A DNA stretch of 64,000 nucleotides from Alphaproteobacteria bacterium (GTDB lineage: Bacteria; Pseudomonadota; Alphaproteobacteria; SP197): positions 3,617,072 through 3,681,071 of the forward strand of contig OZ244844.1 in assembly GCA_965220805.1 (NCBI GenBank), read 5' to 3'. Made by a program: the position numbers and the translations under genes. Below the pieces are notes generated by a model that worked only from the letters and a program-made list of their open reading frames with translations, was not told the DNA's origin and did not search any database. Below are positions 35,575 through 46,026 of this stretch, piece after piece (the first letter of the stretch is position 1; each line of letters opens with the position of its first letter).

Positions 35575-36618
35575 TTGCATGCATCAGGATCGGGCGCCGG
35601 TTTCCGACGGGCCGGTGTGTCTGTTCCTCCTGGAGTGTTGAGCGTGCGCCAGGCGATTGTCAGGGGTAACCCTTCGACCTATCCCGACTGGTTCGATGGC
35701 AAGCGGCGGCAACGGCCCCTCATCGTGGCCCGCTGGGTGCCGATCGCCATGGTCGGACTGCCGGTGGCCGTTCTCTTCGCCATCGTCGTCTACCCCACCG
35801 TCTGGATGTTCTACCACTCGCTGCGCGACACCAACATCACGGGCCTCTTCACCGGAAACCACGCGTATGTGGGATTTGCCAACTATGGCACCGTGTTCAG
35901 TTCGGACCGCTTCCAGGACAGCCTGGTCCACCTCGTGCAGTACCTTTCCTTCGGCGCCGTACTCCAGGTCATCCTCGGCGGAATCCTGGCGCTGACACTC
36001 TACGAAGTCGTCAAGTCCAACCTGTGGCGCACCATCATCCTGATTCTGCTGGTCCTGCCGATGATGCTGCCACCCTCGATTGTCGGAGTTCTCTGGCGCT
36101 TCCTGCTGACTCCATCGAACGGCGCCGTCAACCAGGCACTCCTCGACCTCGGCCTGATCTCCGCCCACATCGAGTGGTTCAATGCCGGTGTTTCACTGTG
36201 GTCGATCATCCTCGCCGACGTGTGGAACTGGACGGCACTGCCGTTGCTGATCATCTATTCCGGACGTGTCAGCCTGCCCCCGGCGGTCTACGAGGCGGCA
36301 CGCGTCGATGGCGCAAGCCAGTGGAAGGTGGTGCGGCGCATCACCCTTCCCATGCTGAAGGAAGTCATCGCCATCGCCTTCATCCTGCGGTTCACGGACG
36401 CCTTCAAGTTCGTCGACCTGGTGTACGTCATGACATCGGGGGGACCGGCGCAGACATCGGAACTGCCAACTTACATTGCCTTCCAGCGCGGAATCCGCGA
36501 GTTCGCGATCGGCGAAGCTGCTGCCTATGCGATCATCATCTTCGCCATCTCGGCAATTCTCGTCACGCTCTTCCTGCAATACATGAAGCGCGTCATGCGC
36601 GCCCAGGGACTGGCCTGA
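35575..36618 (+). CDS. ABC transporter permease (CUT1 sugar family, MalF/UgpA-like)
   Basis: 6 TM helices and the EAA loop (..AARVDGASQWKVVRRITLP..). The true start is probably an alternative codon downstream of 35575, just before the KRRQRP...first TM. Confidence 0.8.
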   Translation: MHASGSGAGFRRAGVSVPPGVLSVRQAIVRGNPSTYPDWFDGKRRQRPLIVARWVPIAMVGLPVAVLFAIVVYPTVWMFYHSLRDTNITGLFTGNHAYVGFANYGTVFSSDRFQDSLVHLVQYLSFGAVLQVILGGILALTLYEVVKSNLWRTIILILLVLPMMLPPSIVGVLWRFLLTPSNGAVNQALLDLGLISAHIEWFNAGVSLWSIILADVWNWTALPLLIIYSGRVSLPPAVYEAARVDGASQWKVVRRITLPMLKEVIAIAFILRFTDAFKFVDLVYVMTSGGPAQTSELPTYIAFQRGIREFAIGEAAAYAIIIFAISAILVTLFLQYMKRVMRAQGLA

Positions 36619-36621
36619 GCG

Positions 36622-37476
36622 ATGGCGGACCTGGCAAGACCTGATGACCGCTGGCGGCACGTCCGCGTGCTGTTCCTGGCCTTCCTGGGGCTGTGGCTCC
36701 TGTTCACCCTGTTCCCGCTCTACTTCATGATCATCACGGCCCTCAAGACGACGGCCGAGACCAATCTCACGGTGCCGACCTTCTGGCCCGAACTCTTCGC
36801 ATTCGGCAACTTCGCCGCGGTCTTCGCCGAGGCCACCAACTTTGACGCGCTGGTCGACAGTTTCGTCATCGCCACGATCAACACGTTGCTGTCGCTGTTT
36901 CTCGGCACCCTCGCCGGCTATGCCTTCGCCCGCTTTCCGCGCCAGGCCGGCGGAGAGAACCTTGCCTTCTGGATACTCTCGAACCGCATGTTTCCGCCGG
37001 TCGCCATCCTGGTGCCGATGTTCTTTCTCTTCGATTCGACGCCGTGGGGCACCGACTCGATCTGGTCGCTCATCATCCTCTACCTCGTCTTCAACCTGCC
37101 GCTGGCCACCTGGCTGATGATGGTGTTCTTCCGTGATGCGCCCCGCGAACTGGAAGAGGCCGCCTACCTCGACGGCTGGACCCCGTTGCGCGCCTTCATG
37201 CGCATCACCCTGCCCCTGGTGTTGCCGGGAATGATCTCGGTCGCGATGTTGTGCTGGATCTTTGCGTGGAACGAGTACCTGTTCGCCAACCTGTTCGTCG
37301 GCACCGACGTGCGCACCTACACCATCGTCATTCCGACGTTCACGCATGGGTCCCAGACACTGTGGAACCTGCAGATGGCGTTCTCTCTGATCGCCATGAT
37401 TCCCCCCGTGACCCTGTTCATCCTGCTGCGTCGCTACATGGTGCGCGGGCTGTCTCTGGGAGTGGTCAAGGGCTGA
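36622..37476 (+). CDS. ABC transporter permease (CUT1 family, MalG/UgpE-like)
   Basis: 284-aa ORF with 6 TM helices and the EAA loop (EAAYLDGWTPLRAFMRITLP). Its stop overlaps the next start (ATGA). Confidence 0.85.
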   Translation: MADLARPDDRWRHVRVLFLAFLGLWLLFTLFPLYFMIITALKTTAETNLTVPTFWPELFAFGNFAAVFAEATNFDALVDSFVIATINTLLSLFLGTLAGYAFARFPRQAGGENLAFWILSNRMFPPVAILVPMFFLFDSTPWGTDSIWSLIILYLVFNLPLATWLMMVFFRDAPRELEEAAYLDGWTPLRAFMRITLPLVLPGMISVAMLCWIFAWNEYLFANLFVGTDVRTYTIVIPTFTHGSQTLWNLQMAFSLIAMIPPVTLFILLRRYMVRGLSLGVVKG

Positions 37477-38570
37477 TGGCGCGACTGACGATCGAAGGAC
37501 TGTGCAAGGGCTGGGACTTTCCGGTCATCAGTGATCTCTCGCTCGAGGTCGAGGAAGGCGAATTCCTGGTCATTGTCGGCCCTTCGGGTATCGGCAAGAC
37601 CACGTTGCTGAGGCTCGTGGCGGGTCTCGAGACTCCGGATCGCGGGCGCATTCTCGTCGGTGACCGCGATGTCACGCGGGTTCCTCCCTACCGGCGCGAT
37701 GTGGCAATGACCTTCGAGAGCTACGCGCTTTACCCCCACATGACCGTGGCCGCGAACATCGCCTCGCCGCTCAAGGCGCGGGGGCTTCCGGATGACGAAA
37801 TCAGGCGGCGTGTCGGGGAGGTGACGCGCCTGTTGCGTATCGACACGCTGCTCGAGCGCAAGCCCGGTGAGATCTCGGGCGGCCAGAAGCAGCGTACCGC
37901 GCTTGGACGCACCCTGGTCGCCGACCCCCAGGTCTTCCTGCTCGATGAGCCGATCAGCCATCTCGACGCGCGCATCCGGCACGAATTGCGCAGCCAGTTC
38001 CACACCCTGGAGGATTTGCGCAGGGTGGCGACCGTCTACGTCACCCACGACTATGCCGAAGCGCTGTCACTGGGGGACAGGATTGCCGTCATGGGCAACG
38101 GCGGCCAACTGGTCCAGGTCGGCAATCCGCGGGAACTCTTCGAACAGCCGGCGACACTGTTTGTCGCCGAACATCTGGGGCAACCCACCATCAATGCCAT
38201 TGAGGCCGAGCTCGTCGACGTGGACGACCGTCTCGAGGCCCACGCCGGATCACTTCGCCTGCCGATTTCGCCGGACCATCGTTCAGCCCTGGCACGGATG
38301 CAGAAGCGCCAGGTGACCATCGGCCTGCGGCCCCAGCACCTGCGGCCGGCGGATGAACTGCCAGAGGGTATGGCGCTCGAGGGCCGTATCGACATCTTCG
38401 AGGCTCTGGGTTCCACGGGCGTCATGATCGTGGATGCCGGTGGCGTCAGACTGACGGCCCTCACACGGCCTGAACGCGCATTCGACCACGGAGAGGTGGT
38501 CACCCTGGCATGGAACCCTGACGCCCTCTACTTCTTCAGCCCGACCGACGGGCGCAACCTGCTGTTGTGA
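37476..38570 (+). CDS. ABC transporter ATP-binding protein (MalK/UgpC-like), copy 1
   Basis: The internal ATG at 37476 gives MARLTIEGL... The product has Walker A GPSGIGKTT, the signature ISGGQKQR, Walker B FLLDEP and a C-terminal TOBE-like domain. Confidence 0.9.
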   Translation: MARLTIEGLCKGWDFPVISDLSLEVEEGEFLVIVGPSGIGKTTLLRLVAGLETPDRGRILVGDRDVTRVPPYRRDVAMTFESYALYPHMTVAANIASPLKARGLPDDEIRRRVGEVTRLLRIDTLLERKPGEISGGQKQRTALGRTLVADPQVFLLDEPISHLDARIRHELRSQFHTLEDLRRVATVYVTHDYAEALSLGDRIAVMGNGGQLVQVGNPRELFEQPATLFVAEHLGQPTINAIEAELVDVDDRLEAHAGSLRLPISPDHRSALARMQKRQVTIGLRPQHLRPADELPEGMALEGRIDIFEALGSTGVMIVDAGGVRLTALTRPERAFDHGEVVTLAWNPDALYFFSPTDGRNLLL

Positions 38571-38571
38571 C

Positions 38572-39672
38572 ATGTCGAACGTCACGCTGAGCAAGGTCAA
38601 CAAGATCTACGGATCCGGACGGACGGGCGTTCACGCGGTGCGCGACCTCGACCTCGCGGTGTCGGATGGTGAGTTCATGGCGTTGCTGGGGCCATCCGGG
38701 TGCGGCAAGACCTCGACACTGCGCATGATCGTCGGTCTTGAACCGATCACCTCCGGTGACATCCACTTCGGTGACCTGCGCGTCAATGATCTCGAGCCCA
38801 GGGAACGCAACGTGGCCATGGCCTTCGAGACCTACGCTCTCTATCCGAACTTCACCGTCGAGGAAAATCTCGCCTTTCCTCTCGAGGTGCGCGGTGTTCC
38901 CCAGGCAGAAAGGCGCCGCCGTGCCCGGGAACTGGCGGAACTGCTGCGCATCACCGAGATCCTCTCGGCCAAGCCACCGGTTCTCTCCGGCGGTCAGCAG
39001 CAGCGCGTCAGCCTGGGGCGCGCACTGATTCGAGAGCCGGCGGTGTTCATTCTCGACGAGGTGATGAGCCACCTCGACGCCCATCTCAAGTTCCAGATGC
39101 TGTTTGATCTCAAGCGGCTTCACCAGGAACTTGGCCGCACCATGATCTATGTCACGCACGATCAGGTGGAGGCCCTGGCGCTGGCGGACAGGGTTGCCGT
39201 GATGTCGAACGCCGAGCTCCAGCAGGTCGGCGACCGCAACACGCTCTACAACCGTCCCTCCAACATGTTCGTGGCCGACTTCATCGGTGAACCACCGACG
39301 ACCTTCATCCCGGTTGAGCGACGCGACGACGGGGAGTGCATTCGGCTCCATGCGACCGGCGCGGATCTCGTCTTTGACGTGGCCCCGGAGCGCATGCCGG
39401 ATCTCGACGCCCATGGGGGACGCGAATTCACCGTGGGCATCCGGCCTCAGAACCTTCATCTTTGCGACCAAGGTGCGACGGTCGGCGGCAAGGTCGTGAT
39501 CAACGAATACCTCGGAGAAAGGTCCATCCTCTCGATCGTGACGGGCGATGTGACGCTGCAGGCGCTGGCGCCTCCGGACACCCGGATGACGCCGGGCGAG
39601 CATGCAGGCTTCAGCCTCGATCCGCGGGATGTGATGATCTTCGACGCTGAATCCGGAGCGCTTGTGACCTGA
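38572..39672 (+). CDS. ABC transporter ATP-binding protein (MalK/UgpC-like), copy 2
   Basis: 366-aa ORF with Walker A GPSGCGKTS, the signature LSGGQQQR, Walker B FILDEV and a C-terminal TOBE-like domain. It sits 1 nt after copy 1. Confidence 0.9.
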   Translation: MSNVTLSKVNKIYGSGRTGVHAVRDLDLAVSDGEFMALLGPSGCGKTSTLRMIVGLEPITSGDIHFGDLRVNDLEPRERNVAMAFETYALYPNFTVEENLAFPLEVRGVPQAERRRRARELAELLRITEILSAKPPVLSGGQQQRVSLGRALIREPAVFILDEVMSHLDAHLKFQMLFDLKRLHQELGRTMIYVTHDQVEALALADRVAVMSNAELQQVGDRNTLYNRPSNMFVADFIGEPPTTFIPVERRDDGECIRLHATGADLVFDVAPERMPDLDAHGGREFTVGIRPQNLHLCDQGATVGGKVVINEYLGERSILSIVTGDVTLQALAPPDTRMTPGEHAGFSLDPRDVMIFDAESGALVT

Positions 39673-39745
39673 CGGTCGCAGGCGCCCACCATCCGGGGCA
39701 GGATGTTGCCTGTCCCGTCATTGACCAGGAGAAAGGAAGAATCCA

Positions 39746-41287
39746 ATGGGTGTTTTCAGTGCATGGACACGACGCAAGTTCATGAAATCCGTAGCCGCCG
39801 GCGCTGGTGCCGCGGCTGGTCTCCAGCTTCCCGGCAGGCTGTCGTGGGGCGCTCAGTCCGTTCCTCCCGGAAAGAAGCTCTTCAATGATATCGAGCTGAC
39901 CTACTTCCAGGACTCGAACTGGCTTCATGCGCCGCTGTGGTTGTCGGAGCACCTGATGAATGAAGCCGGCGTCGGCATCAAGGGGCGCGAGAACTACGAT
40001 GGCGGCGATGCCGTGGCCAAGATCCTGCCACAGCTCCTGTCACGCAATCCAAGGTTCGACTGGGTGCAGTTTCCCTCGCTCTTCTTCGGCGCCTTCGCCG
40101 AAACCGGGCAGCTTGAGCCCCTGGACGACTACTTCGCCCAGTACGAGGGCAGCGATGCCTATCTCGACTGGGTCATGCCCGCCTACCGCGAGTTCTACAC
40201 GAAGTGGGCCGGCAAGACCTATGGCGTGATGCTCGATGGCGACATTCACATCCTGCATTATCGAAAGAGCTTCTTCGAGAACGCGGAACTTCAGTCGAAG
40301 TACTCCAAGCGCTTCCAGACCAACCTCGAAGTCCCCAAGACGTGGCCGGACTTCCTCAATGTCACGCAGTTCATGACCGAGGAACTGGGTTCGCAAGGCA
40401 TCTACGGCACGTCGATGGTGGTCAATCCGCCGAACTTTGGATGGGGCTTCTGGATGGACATTGCCGCATCGGCCGGCGTCAACTACTTCGACGAGAACAT
40501 GAACCCGGTCATCAACCAGGGCAAGGCGGCCGAGTCTCTCGACATGTACCGGGAGATCATCAAGTTCGGACCTCCGGGCGCCGAAGCCATGGATATCGGA
40601 ACGACCATCCAGCGCTGGCAGTCGGGTTCTGACGTGATGTCAGTGTGGTGGATCGATCTCGCGGAATTCACGGTCCAGCAGCAGGGCATGGAACGCGCCG
40701 AAGATCAGGGTGCGGCTGTCGTGCCAGGCTGGGTCCATGACGATGGCGAGGTGGTTCACCGGGCGATCAGCCTGTGGTGCCGGACGGCCTCCATTCCGGC
40801 GAACCTGCCCCAGGACATCAAGGATGCGGCCTTCTACTTCATCTACCGCATGTCGCATCCCGATTACTCCGACAGGATCGTCGCCGATCCCTACTGCGGC
40901 TCCGACCCGTTCGGCGCATCGCACTACACCGATGCGGCGGCCCAGATGTACATCGAGCCCAATCCGCAGCGTGGGACGAACGACATCTATCCGACGAACG
41001 ACGGTATCTTCCAGACCTTCGGGAGAGCCCGCAATCATCTCGATGCCGGCCTTGCCAATGTCGAGGTGGGCTACCCGCAGTTCTTCTGGGAAGGGGCTCC
41101 TGAGTACGCCGATGCCCTGGGACGCAACATCTCCAAGGCCATTTCCGGAGAGCTGACGTCGCAGCAGGCGCTCGACGAGGCCGCCGAGGAATGGGTGCAG
41201 ATTGCCCAGAAGCTCGGCCTCGACAAGCAGAAGGCCCAGTACCGGAACTTTATCGACGGCGCCAGGTCGCTCGGTTACAAGATCTGA
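39746..41287 (+). CDS. ABC transporter substrate-binding protein (family 1 solute-binding protein) with twin-arginine signal
   Basis: 513-aa ORF. Its N-terminus, TRRKFMKSVAAGAGAAAGL, matches the Tat consensus (S/T-R-R-x-F-L-K). It is placed last in the transporter operon. Confidence 0.8.
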   Translation: MGVFSAWTRRKFMKSVAAGAGAAAGLQLPGRLSWGAQSVPPGKKLFNDIELTYFQDSNWLHAPLWLSEHLMNEAGVGIKGRENYDGGDAVAKILPQLLSRNPRFDWVQFPSLFFGAFAETGQLEPLDDYFAQYEGSDAYLDWVMPAYREFYTKWAGKTYGVMLDGDIHILHYRKSFFENAELQSKYSKRFQTNLEVPKTWPDFLNVTQFMTEELGSQGIYGTSMVVNPPNFGWGFWMDIAASAGVNYFDENMNPVINQGKAAESLDMYREIIKFGPPGAEAMDIGTTIQRWQSGSDVMSVWWIDLAEFTVQQQGMERAEDQGAAVVPGWVHDDGEVVHRAISLWCRTASIPANLPQDIKDAAFYFIYRMSHPDYSDRIVADPYCGSDPFGASHYTDAAAQMYIEPNPQRGTNDIYPTNDGIFQTFGRARNHLDAGLANVEVGYPQFFWEGAPEYADALGRNISKAISGELTSQQALDEAAEEWVQIAQKLGLDKQKAQYRNFIDGARSLGYKI

Positions 41288-41299
41288 CACCAGGACCAA

Positions 41300-41336
41300 G
41301 GGCCCTCCAGGCTTCCCGCCTGGAGGGCCCTTTTTT
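41300..41336 (+). terminator. Rho-independent terminator (12-bp GC-rich stem, 7-nt loop, T6 tract)
   Basis: GGGCCCTCCAGG-cttcccg-CCTGGAGGGCCC followed by TTTTTT. It sits 13 nt after the stop of the SBP gene, in a convergent gap. Confidence 0.75.
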
Positions 41337-42469
41337 CATGACCAGGCGAAACGATCGGGGCGGAACTCCTGCAACAGGGGTGATGCCGGCCCGCCGGTGA
41401 TCTCGTCGGCGATGAGGGCGCCAACGGCCGGCGCCAGCGTGATGCCGCTGTGGGTAACAGCGACGAAGACGTTGTCGCATCCGGGAAGGTGACCGACGAT
41501 CGAGCGGCCGTCCGCCGGCATCGGACGGTGTCCGACCCTCGCGATCGTCCGCGCCATCGCGTCGGCCGCATCGAGGCCGTCGAAGTAGTGTTGCGCCCTT
41601 GCGGCGAGATGACGCCTCGCCTGCACCTCGTCGGGCAGCATCCTGTCCGCGGCATCCGCGCCCATCAGCAGCCCGCCTCCCACATTGGGGCGCATGTGCA
41701 GTTCATCGTCACCTTCGGGAAAACAGACGACGCGGTTGAGCAAAGCCTCTGCCCCGGCGATCTCGACCAGTAGGCCAGGATCGCTGCCCACGGGCCGGAG
41801 CGCCGCTTGGCTCCTGAGCGCCATGGCCGCAAGGTCACCGGTTCCGGTCCCGGCGGCAATGACGATCCTCTCGGCATGGACCGGGCCATCTGCGGTCACA
41901 ACGCCCTCCAGAACGGGAGCGGAGCCGAGGAAGCCGGTCACCTGTGTCTCCTCGTGGATGGCGCCTCCCTGGCGCACGATGCCGTGTGCAAGGTGACGGG
42001 CAAGACGCGGCGCATCGAGCCAGCCATCCAGCGACATCAGCAGTCCTTCTGCCCCGTGACCGAAGGTGATATGCGGCTCCAGGTCGGCCAGTTCGCGCCC
42101 GCCGACGCGGCGACAGGGATAGTCGAGGCGTGAGAGTCGATCGAAGATCTGTTCGAGGTCATCAAGGGTGGTGGCGGTGTCCGGACCCGCCCACATCAGG
42201 CAGCCCGTGTGCCGGTGGCCGGTCACGGCGCTCCCCCAGCGGGAAGCCCAGCGCCAATGGCCCTCCACGCCGGCAACGTTGAGACGATGGTAGTCCGCTT
42301 CCAGTTTGGAGGTGGCATTGAGCCAGGCGAATGTCGTCGATGTCGTCCCGCCGGCAATCCTTCCCCGCTCGATCACACGGCAGGACATTCCCCTCACGGC
42401 AAGTTCATGGGCGATTGCAAGACCGACCAGTCCCGCACCGATCACCACGCAATCCTCTCGTTCAGTCAT
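41336..42469 (-). CDS. FAD-dependent oxidoreductase (DAO family; glycine/D-amino-acid oxidase-like)
   Basis: 377-aa ORF with the dinucleotide-binding CVVIGAGLVGLAIAHELAVRG and a DAO-type C-terminal region (..HSGITLAP..). Confidence 0.8.
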   Translation of the reverse strand: MTEREDCVVIGAGLVGLAIAHELAVRGMSCRVIERGRIAGGTTSTTFAWLNATSKLEADYHRLNVAGVEGHWRWASRWGSAVTGHRHTGCLMWAGPDTATTLDDLEQIFDRLSRLDYPCRRVGGRELADLEPHITFGHGAEGLLMSLDGWLDAPRLARHLAHGIVRQGGAIHEETQVTGFLGSAPVLEGVVTADGPVHAERIVIAAGTGTGDLAAMALRSQAALRPVGSDPGLLVEIAGAEALLNRVVCFPEGDDELHMRPNVGGGLLMGADAADRMLPDEVQARRHLAARAQHYFDGLDAADAMARTIARVGHRPMPADGRSIVGHLPGCDNVFVAVTHSGITLAPAVGALIADEITGGPASPLLQEFRPDRFAWS

Positions 42470-42572
42470 CGTGCCTCACCATACGCCTTCCCTCGGTGAA
42501 CCCGCTCGGCGCGAGTCCTCTCCTTCACGGATCGGGCCCGACATGCCAAAGCCGTGCGTCTGCATGATCGTC

Positions 42573-44209
42573 TCATGGCGACGAGCGAGAGTCTTCGGTC
42601 CCGGTCGGGGCCATGGCCGGCATGTCCCCGGCGACATGCGCGGCGAATCCCGAACCTGCCTCCGCGTAGACGTTGAAGACGGTCGATGCGCCGGCCTCTT
42701 CGAGTGTCTCGATGTCATCCTGGAACCTGACCGTGGCGGCAACCCGGCCGCTGAATGAGGCCGCCTTGAGCTGGTCGATCACGGCAAGGTTCGCGGCAAG
42801 GTTAGGCAAGGCCAGCATGACCAGTTCCAGTGTGTGGGCGCTCTGAACGCGATCCCAGAAATCGGCATCACCCGGGTCGCCCAGCAACACCTTTCGTCCG
42901 CCGCTCCGTTGACGCTCGACCGTGGCCTGATCGAAGTCCACCCCGACGACGGTCTCTCCGTGCAGTTCGCGCATAGTGTCATATGCCCCCGATCCAATGC
43001 GGCCCATACCGATGATGGCAATCGTCGCCGCGCCGATATCAAGGGGTTGATCGTCGGCGACAAGGTCGGATCGTTGCAGGCGCTTCCACACGCCTCTGTG
43101 CCGCGCGTAGATGCGTTCGCTGGCGACGTTGAACCCGGAAGAGATGACGCAGGAGAGAGCCAGCGCGACCGCGATCACGATCAGCCAGTCGGCGTCGATC
43201 CAGCCACGGGCGACTCCGATGGCTGCTACGATGAGCCCGAATTCGCTGAAGTTTCCGAGATTGAACGATGCCAGAAGCGACGTGCGGGCCTGGAGCCTGA
43301 AGGCGGTCAACAGTCCGAAGAAGAGGGCCGACTTGAAAAGCACGAACGGCGTGATCGTGGCGCCGATCAGGAACGTCTCCAGAGTCAGCTGACCCGAGAG
43401 CCCGACGGAGAGGAAGAAGGCGAGTAGGAAAAAGTCCTTGAAACCGAGCATGGACTTCGCCATCTCGTCGGCCTTCGCATGATTGGCGATCAGAACGCCC
43501 AGAACGAGTGCGCCGAGATCACCCTTGAGTCCGACGAGCTCGAACAACTGCGCACCGCCCAGAGCCAGCAGGAAGCCATAGAGGACCATGAGCTCTCCGT
43601 GGCCGACGCGCTGGAGCAGAAGAGTCAGCAGCGGCCGAAGCGGAAAGACGAGCAGGACCAGCAGGGCCCAGTAGGTCGGCAACTTCCCCGCGGAGATAGC
43701 CAGAAAGACCACGGCAGCCAGATCCTGCACGATGAGAATTCCGATCGCGATCCGGCCGTGGAGCGCATTCGTCCGGCCCCTGTCTTCCAGCGCCTTCACG
43801 ACGAACACGGTGCTGGAAAAGCTGAGCGCAAAGGCGACCAGGAGTGACCGGGCAAGGTCGAGATCGGAAAGGAAAGGCACGCCGAGAGCGGCGACAACAT
43901 AGATGGCCGTTGCGAAGAGCGGCACGATGATGGCCATGTGCAGCCCGGTCACGGCCCATACCTGCGGCCGCGCAAACACCCGAAGGTTGAGCTTCAGGCC
44001 GACGATGAACAGCAACAGGGTGATGCCGAGGTCCGACAGCTTCCGCAGCATGTCCCCGCCGACCACTCCATGCAGGTTGAGCACGAATCCCGCAACCAGG
44101 AATCCGACCAGGGGCGGCAGCCCGACGGTTCTCGACAGCAGACCCAGCACGAAGGCGATGGCTATCCACGCCACGTCTCCGAACACAATGGCAATCAGCT
44201 CAAAATCCA
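42573..44209 (-). CDS. Monovalent cation:proton antiporter-2 (CPA2, KefB/KefC-like) with C-terminal TrkA-N/RCK domain
   Basis: There are about 12 TM helices, then a Rossmann-type IAIIGMGRIGSGA. The start is taken at the GTG at 44209 (MDFELIAIVFG...). The ORF-track ATG at 44282 adds an Arg/Cys-rich extension. Confidence 0.8.
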
Positions 44210-44367
44210 CGGCTTTATCGACGGTGGCTGCGCTCGAACAGGCTGACCGGCATCGGGCGGACCGACGCCAAGCATGCCGCACGCATGGGCAAGGGGCTCG
44301 GTGTTGTCATGCCTCAATGTACCATCGCCATGTAACATTGAGGCAAAGGGCGCCCACGCCTCCGGCG

Positions 44368-46026
44368 TCAGGGACCGGTCAGGCGGCAGTAACAGGACGC
44401 CCTGATGTTGACGTCGGCGCGGGCCATGGCGCGATCGAGGCGTCTCCTGACGTGACGGCGTTCAACGGCCTCACCGCGGCGTGAGAGACACTCGTGGAGA
44501 CCGTGCAGGCTCCACACGTTGTCCGGGTGCTGGCAGGGACGGCGCAGGCTGTCATCGAGACCGAGGTCGGCGCGATAGATCGCCTCGGCCTCATCCGCCT
44601 CGCCCTGCTCGAGCAGAAGCGCTCCCAGGGCATGACGGGTGGGCTGCATCCATGCCCACGGTTCATCGTACTCAAGGGTGTCGTCGAGAACGACGGAACG
44701 CCTCAGGTGGGCGAAGGCCGCATCGAGATTGCCCCTGCGGTACTCGAGCTCACCGGAGAGCATTTCGCCGGCCACCTGGAGAACACTCAGGCACGTGTTG
44801 TGAAACAGCTTGCGGGTCTCAGGCACACGGTCCCGCGCCTCGAGAAACCGCTGCTGCTCGATCTCCGCTTCATCGACTCGGCCCGTGGCCGAAAAGGCCA
44901 CGCCACGAGCATAGTGCATGGTCGCGGTGGTGACGCAGTAGAGGTCCTGATCGTCAGGCAGGGGATCGTCAAGAATGTCCTGCCAGCGCCCGAACCGGAT
45001 CAGCACGTGCGGCCTTATCGGAACATATCCCTCCAGCCAGTCAGCAAGGGGCGGATCGCCCGAGGCGAGAAGCTCCGCGGGCAGGGTCGAGACCATCTCT
45101 TCGGCGGCCTCGACCGCCGGACCGAGCTGACCCAGAAACATCGCTCCATAGGCCTTGAAGTGATAGTCGTGGGCGCGGTAGCCCGAATAGAAGTTGAAGA
45201 CCCCACGCCGCTCTACGAAGGCGCGATCGGAGACGATCGCCCGCTGGTTGCGCTCAACCACGGTCTGGTAGTCGCCGCACAGCACGTCAATATGGGTCGG
45301 CATGTGGTTGAGGTGACCTGAATCGGGGATGAGGCCATGCAGGGCGTCGGCCGTCTTGAGAGCCCTTTCCGGATGCGGTGACATCTCCATGACATGAACG
45401 TGCATGTGGAGGATCCCCGGATGGCTCCAGGCGCCATCTATCTCGGAAAGCGCCGTCTCGAGCAACTCGATGGCCTCCAGGGTGTCCGAGCCGGCCACCG
45501 GTTCGCCGGTCTCGAGATCCCAGAGTTTCCAGGGGGTCCGGTTCATGAGGGCATCGGCAAAGAGTGCACAGACATCCGGATGGTTCGGGTGCGGGCGATG
45601 GACCTCTCGCATGGCTGCCGCATAGGCGTCATCCCAGGATGACCAGTCATCTGTCGGATCATCGGGAAACCGCGCCACCAGCGCCGCGGCAAGTCCCTTC
45701 TCGACATCGCTCGCACCGCTCGCGCATTCCTGGGCCTTGCGGCTCTCCGCGCGGGCCCGGGCCAGGCAGTCCTTGCGCTCGGCGTCGCCGAAGTCCACCC
45801 ACAACTTGTTGTAGTTCGGACCACTGGCATAGGCGACACCCCAATGCGCCATGGCGCAATCGGGGTCGTGTTCAAGCGCATTGCGGAAGCAAAGGAGCGC
45901 CTCTTCGTGGTTGAAGCCGTAACACCAGGCAAGGCCGCGGTCGAACCAGGTCTGGGCCTCTTCGGACGTCGTGGTGATCGGCATGTGGAACGCGCCGAGA
46001 TCGAAGTAGTCGTCCATGGCCTTCAC
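44368..46026 (-). CDS. Cytoplasmic TPR-like helical-repeat protein, function unknown
   Basis: 552-aa ORF with no TM segment or signal peptide. It has repeated amphipathic helix pairs (..EEALLCFRNALEHDPDCAMAHWGVAYA..). Its start overlaps the stop of the MBL gene (4 nt). Confidence 0.5.
   Translation of the reverse strand: MKAMDDYFDLGAFHMPITTTSEEAQTWFDRGLAWCYGFNHEEALLCFRNALEHDPDCAMAHWGVAYASGPNYNKLWVDFGDAERKDCLARARAESRKAQECASGASDVEKGLAAALVARFPDDPTDDWSSWDDAYAAAMREVHRPHPNHPDVCALFADALMNRTPWKLWDLETGEPVAGSDTLEAIELLETALSEIDGAWSHPGILHMHVHVMEMSPHPERALKTADALHGLIPDSGHLNHMPTHIDVLCGDYQTVVERNQRAIVSDRAFVERRGVFNFYSGYRAHDYHFKAYGAMFLGQLGPAVEAAEEMVSTLPAELLASGDPPLADWLEGYVPIRPHVLIRFGRWQDILDDPLPDDQDLYCVTTATMHYARGVAFSATGRVDEAEIEQQRFLEARDRVPETRKLFHNTCLSVLQVAGEMLSGELEYRRGNLDAAFAHLRRSVVLDDTLEYDEPWAWMQPTRHALGALLLEQGEADEAEAIYRADLGLDDSLRRPCQHPDNVWSLHGLHECLSRRGEAVERRHVRRRLDRAMARADVNIRASCYCRLTGP

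Noticed and set aside
36193-37347. 384-aa minus-strand ORF opposite the permease genes
   Set aside because: Its Glu/Arg/Asp/Gly low-complexity translation is antisense to two ABC permeases with clear TM/EAA features.
38536-39603. 355-aa minus-strand ORF opposite the second ATPase gene
   Set aside because: It is antisense to an ABC ATPase with Walker A/B and signature motifs, and has no recognisable domain.
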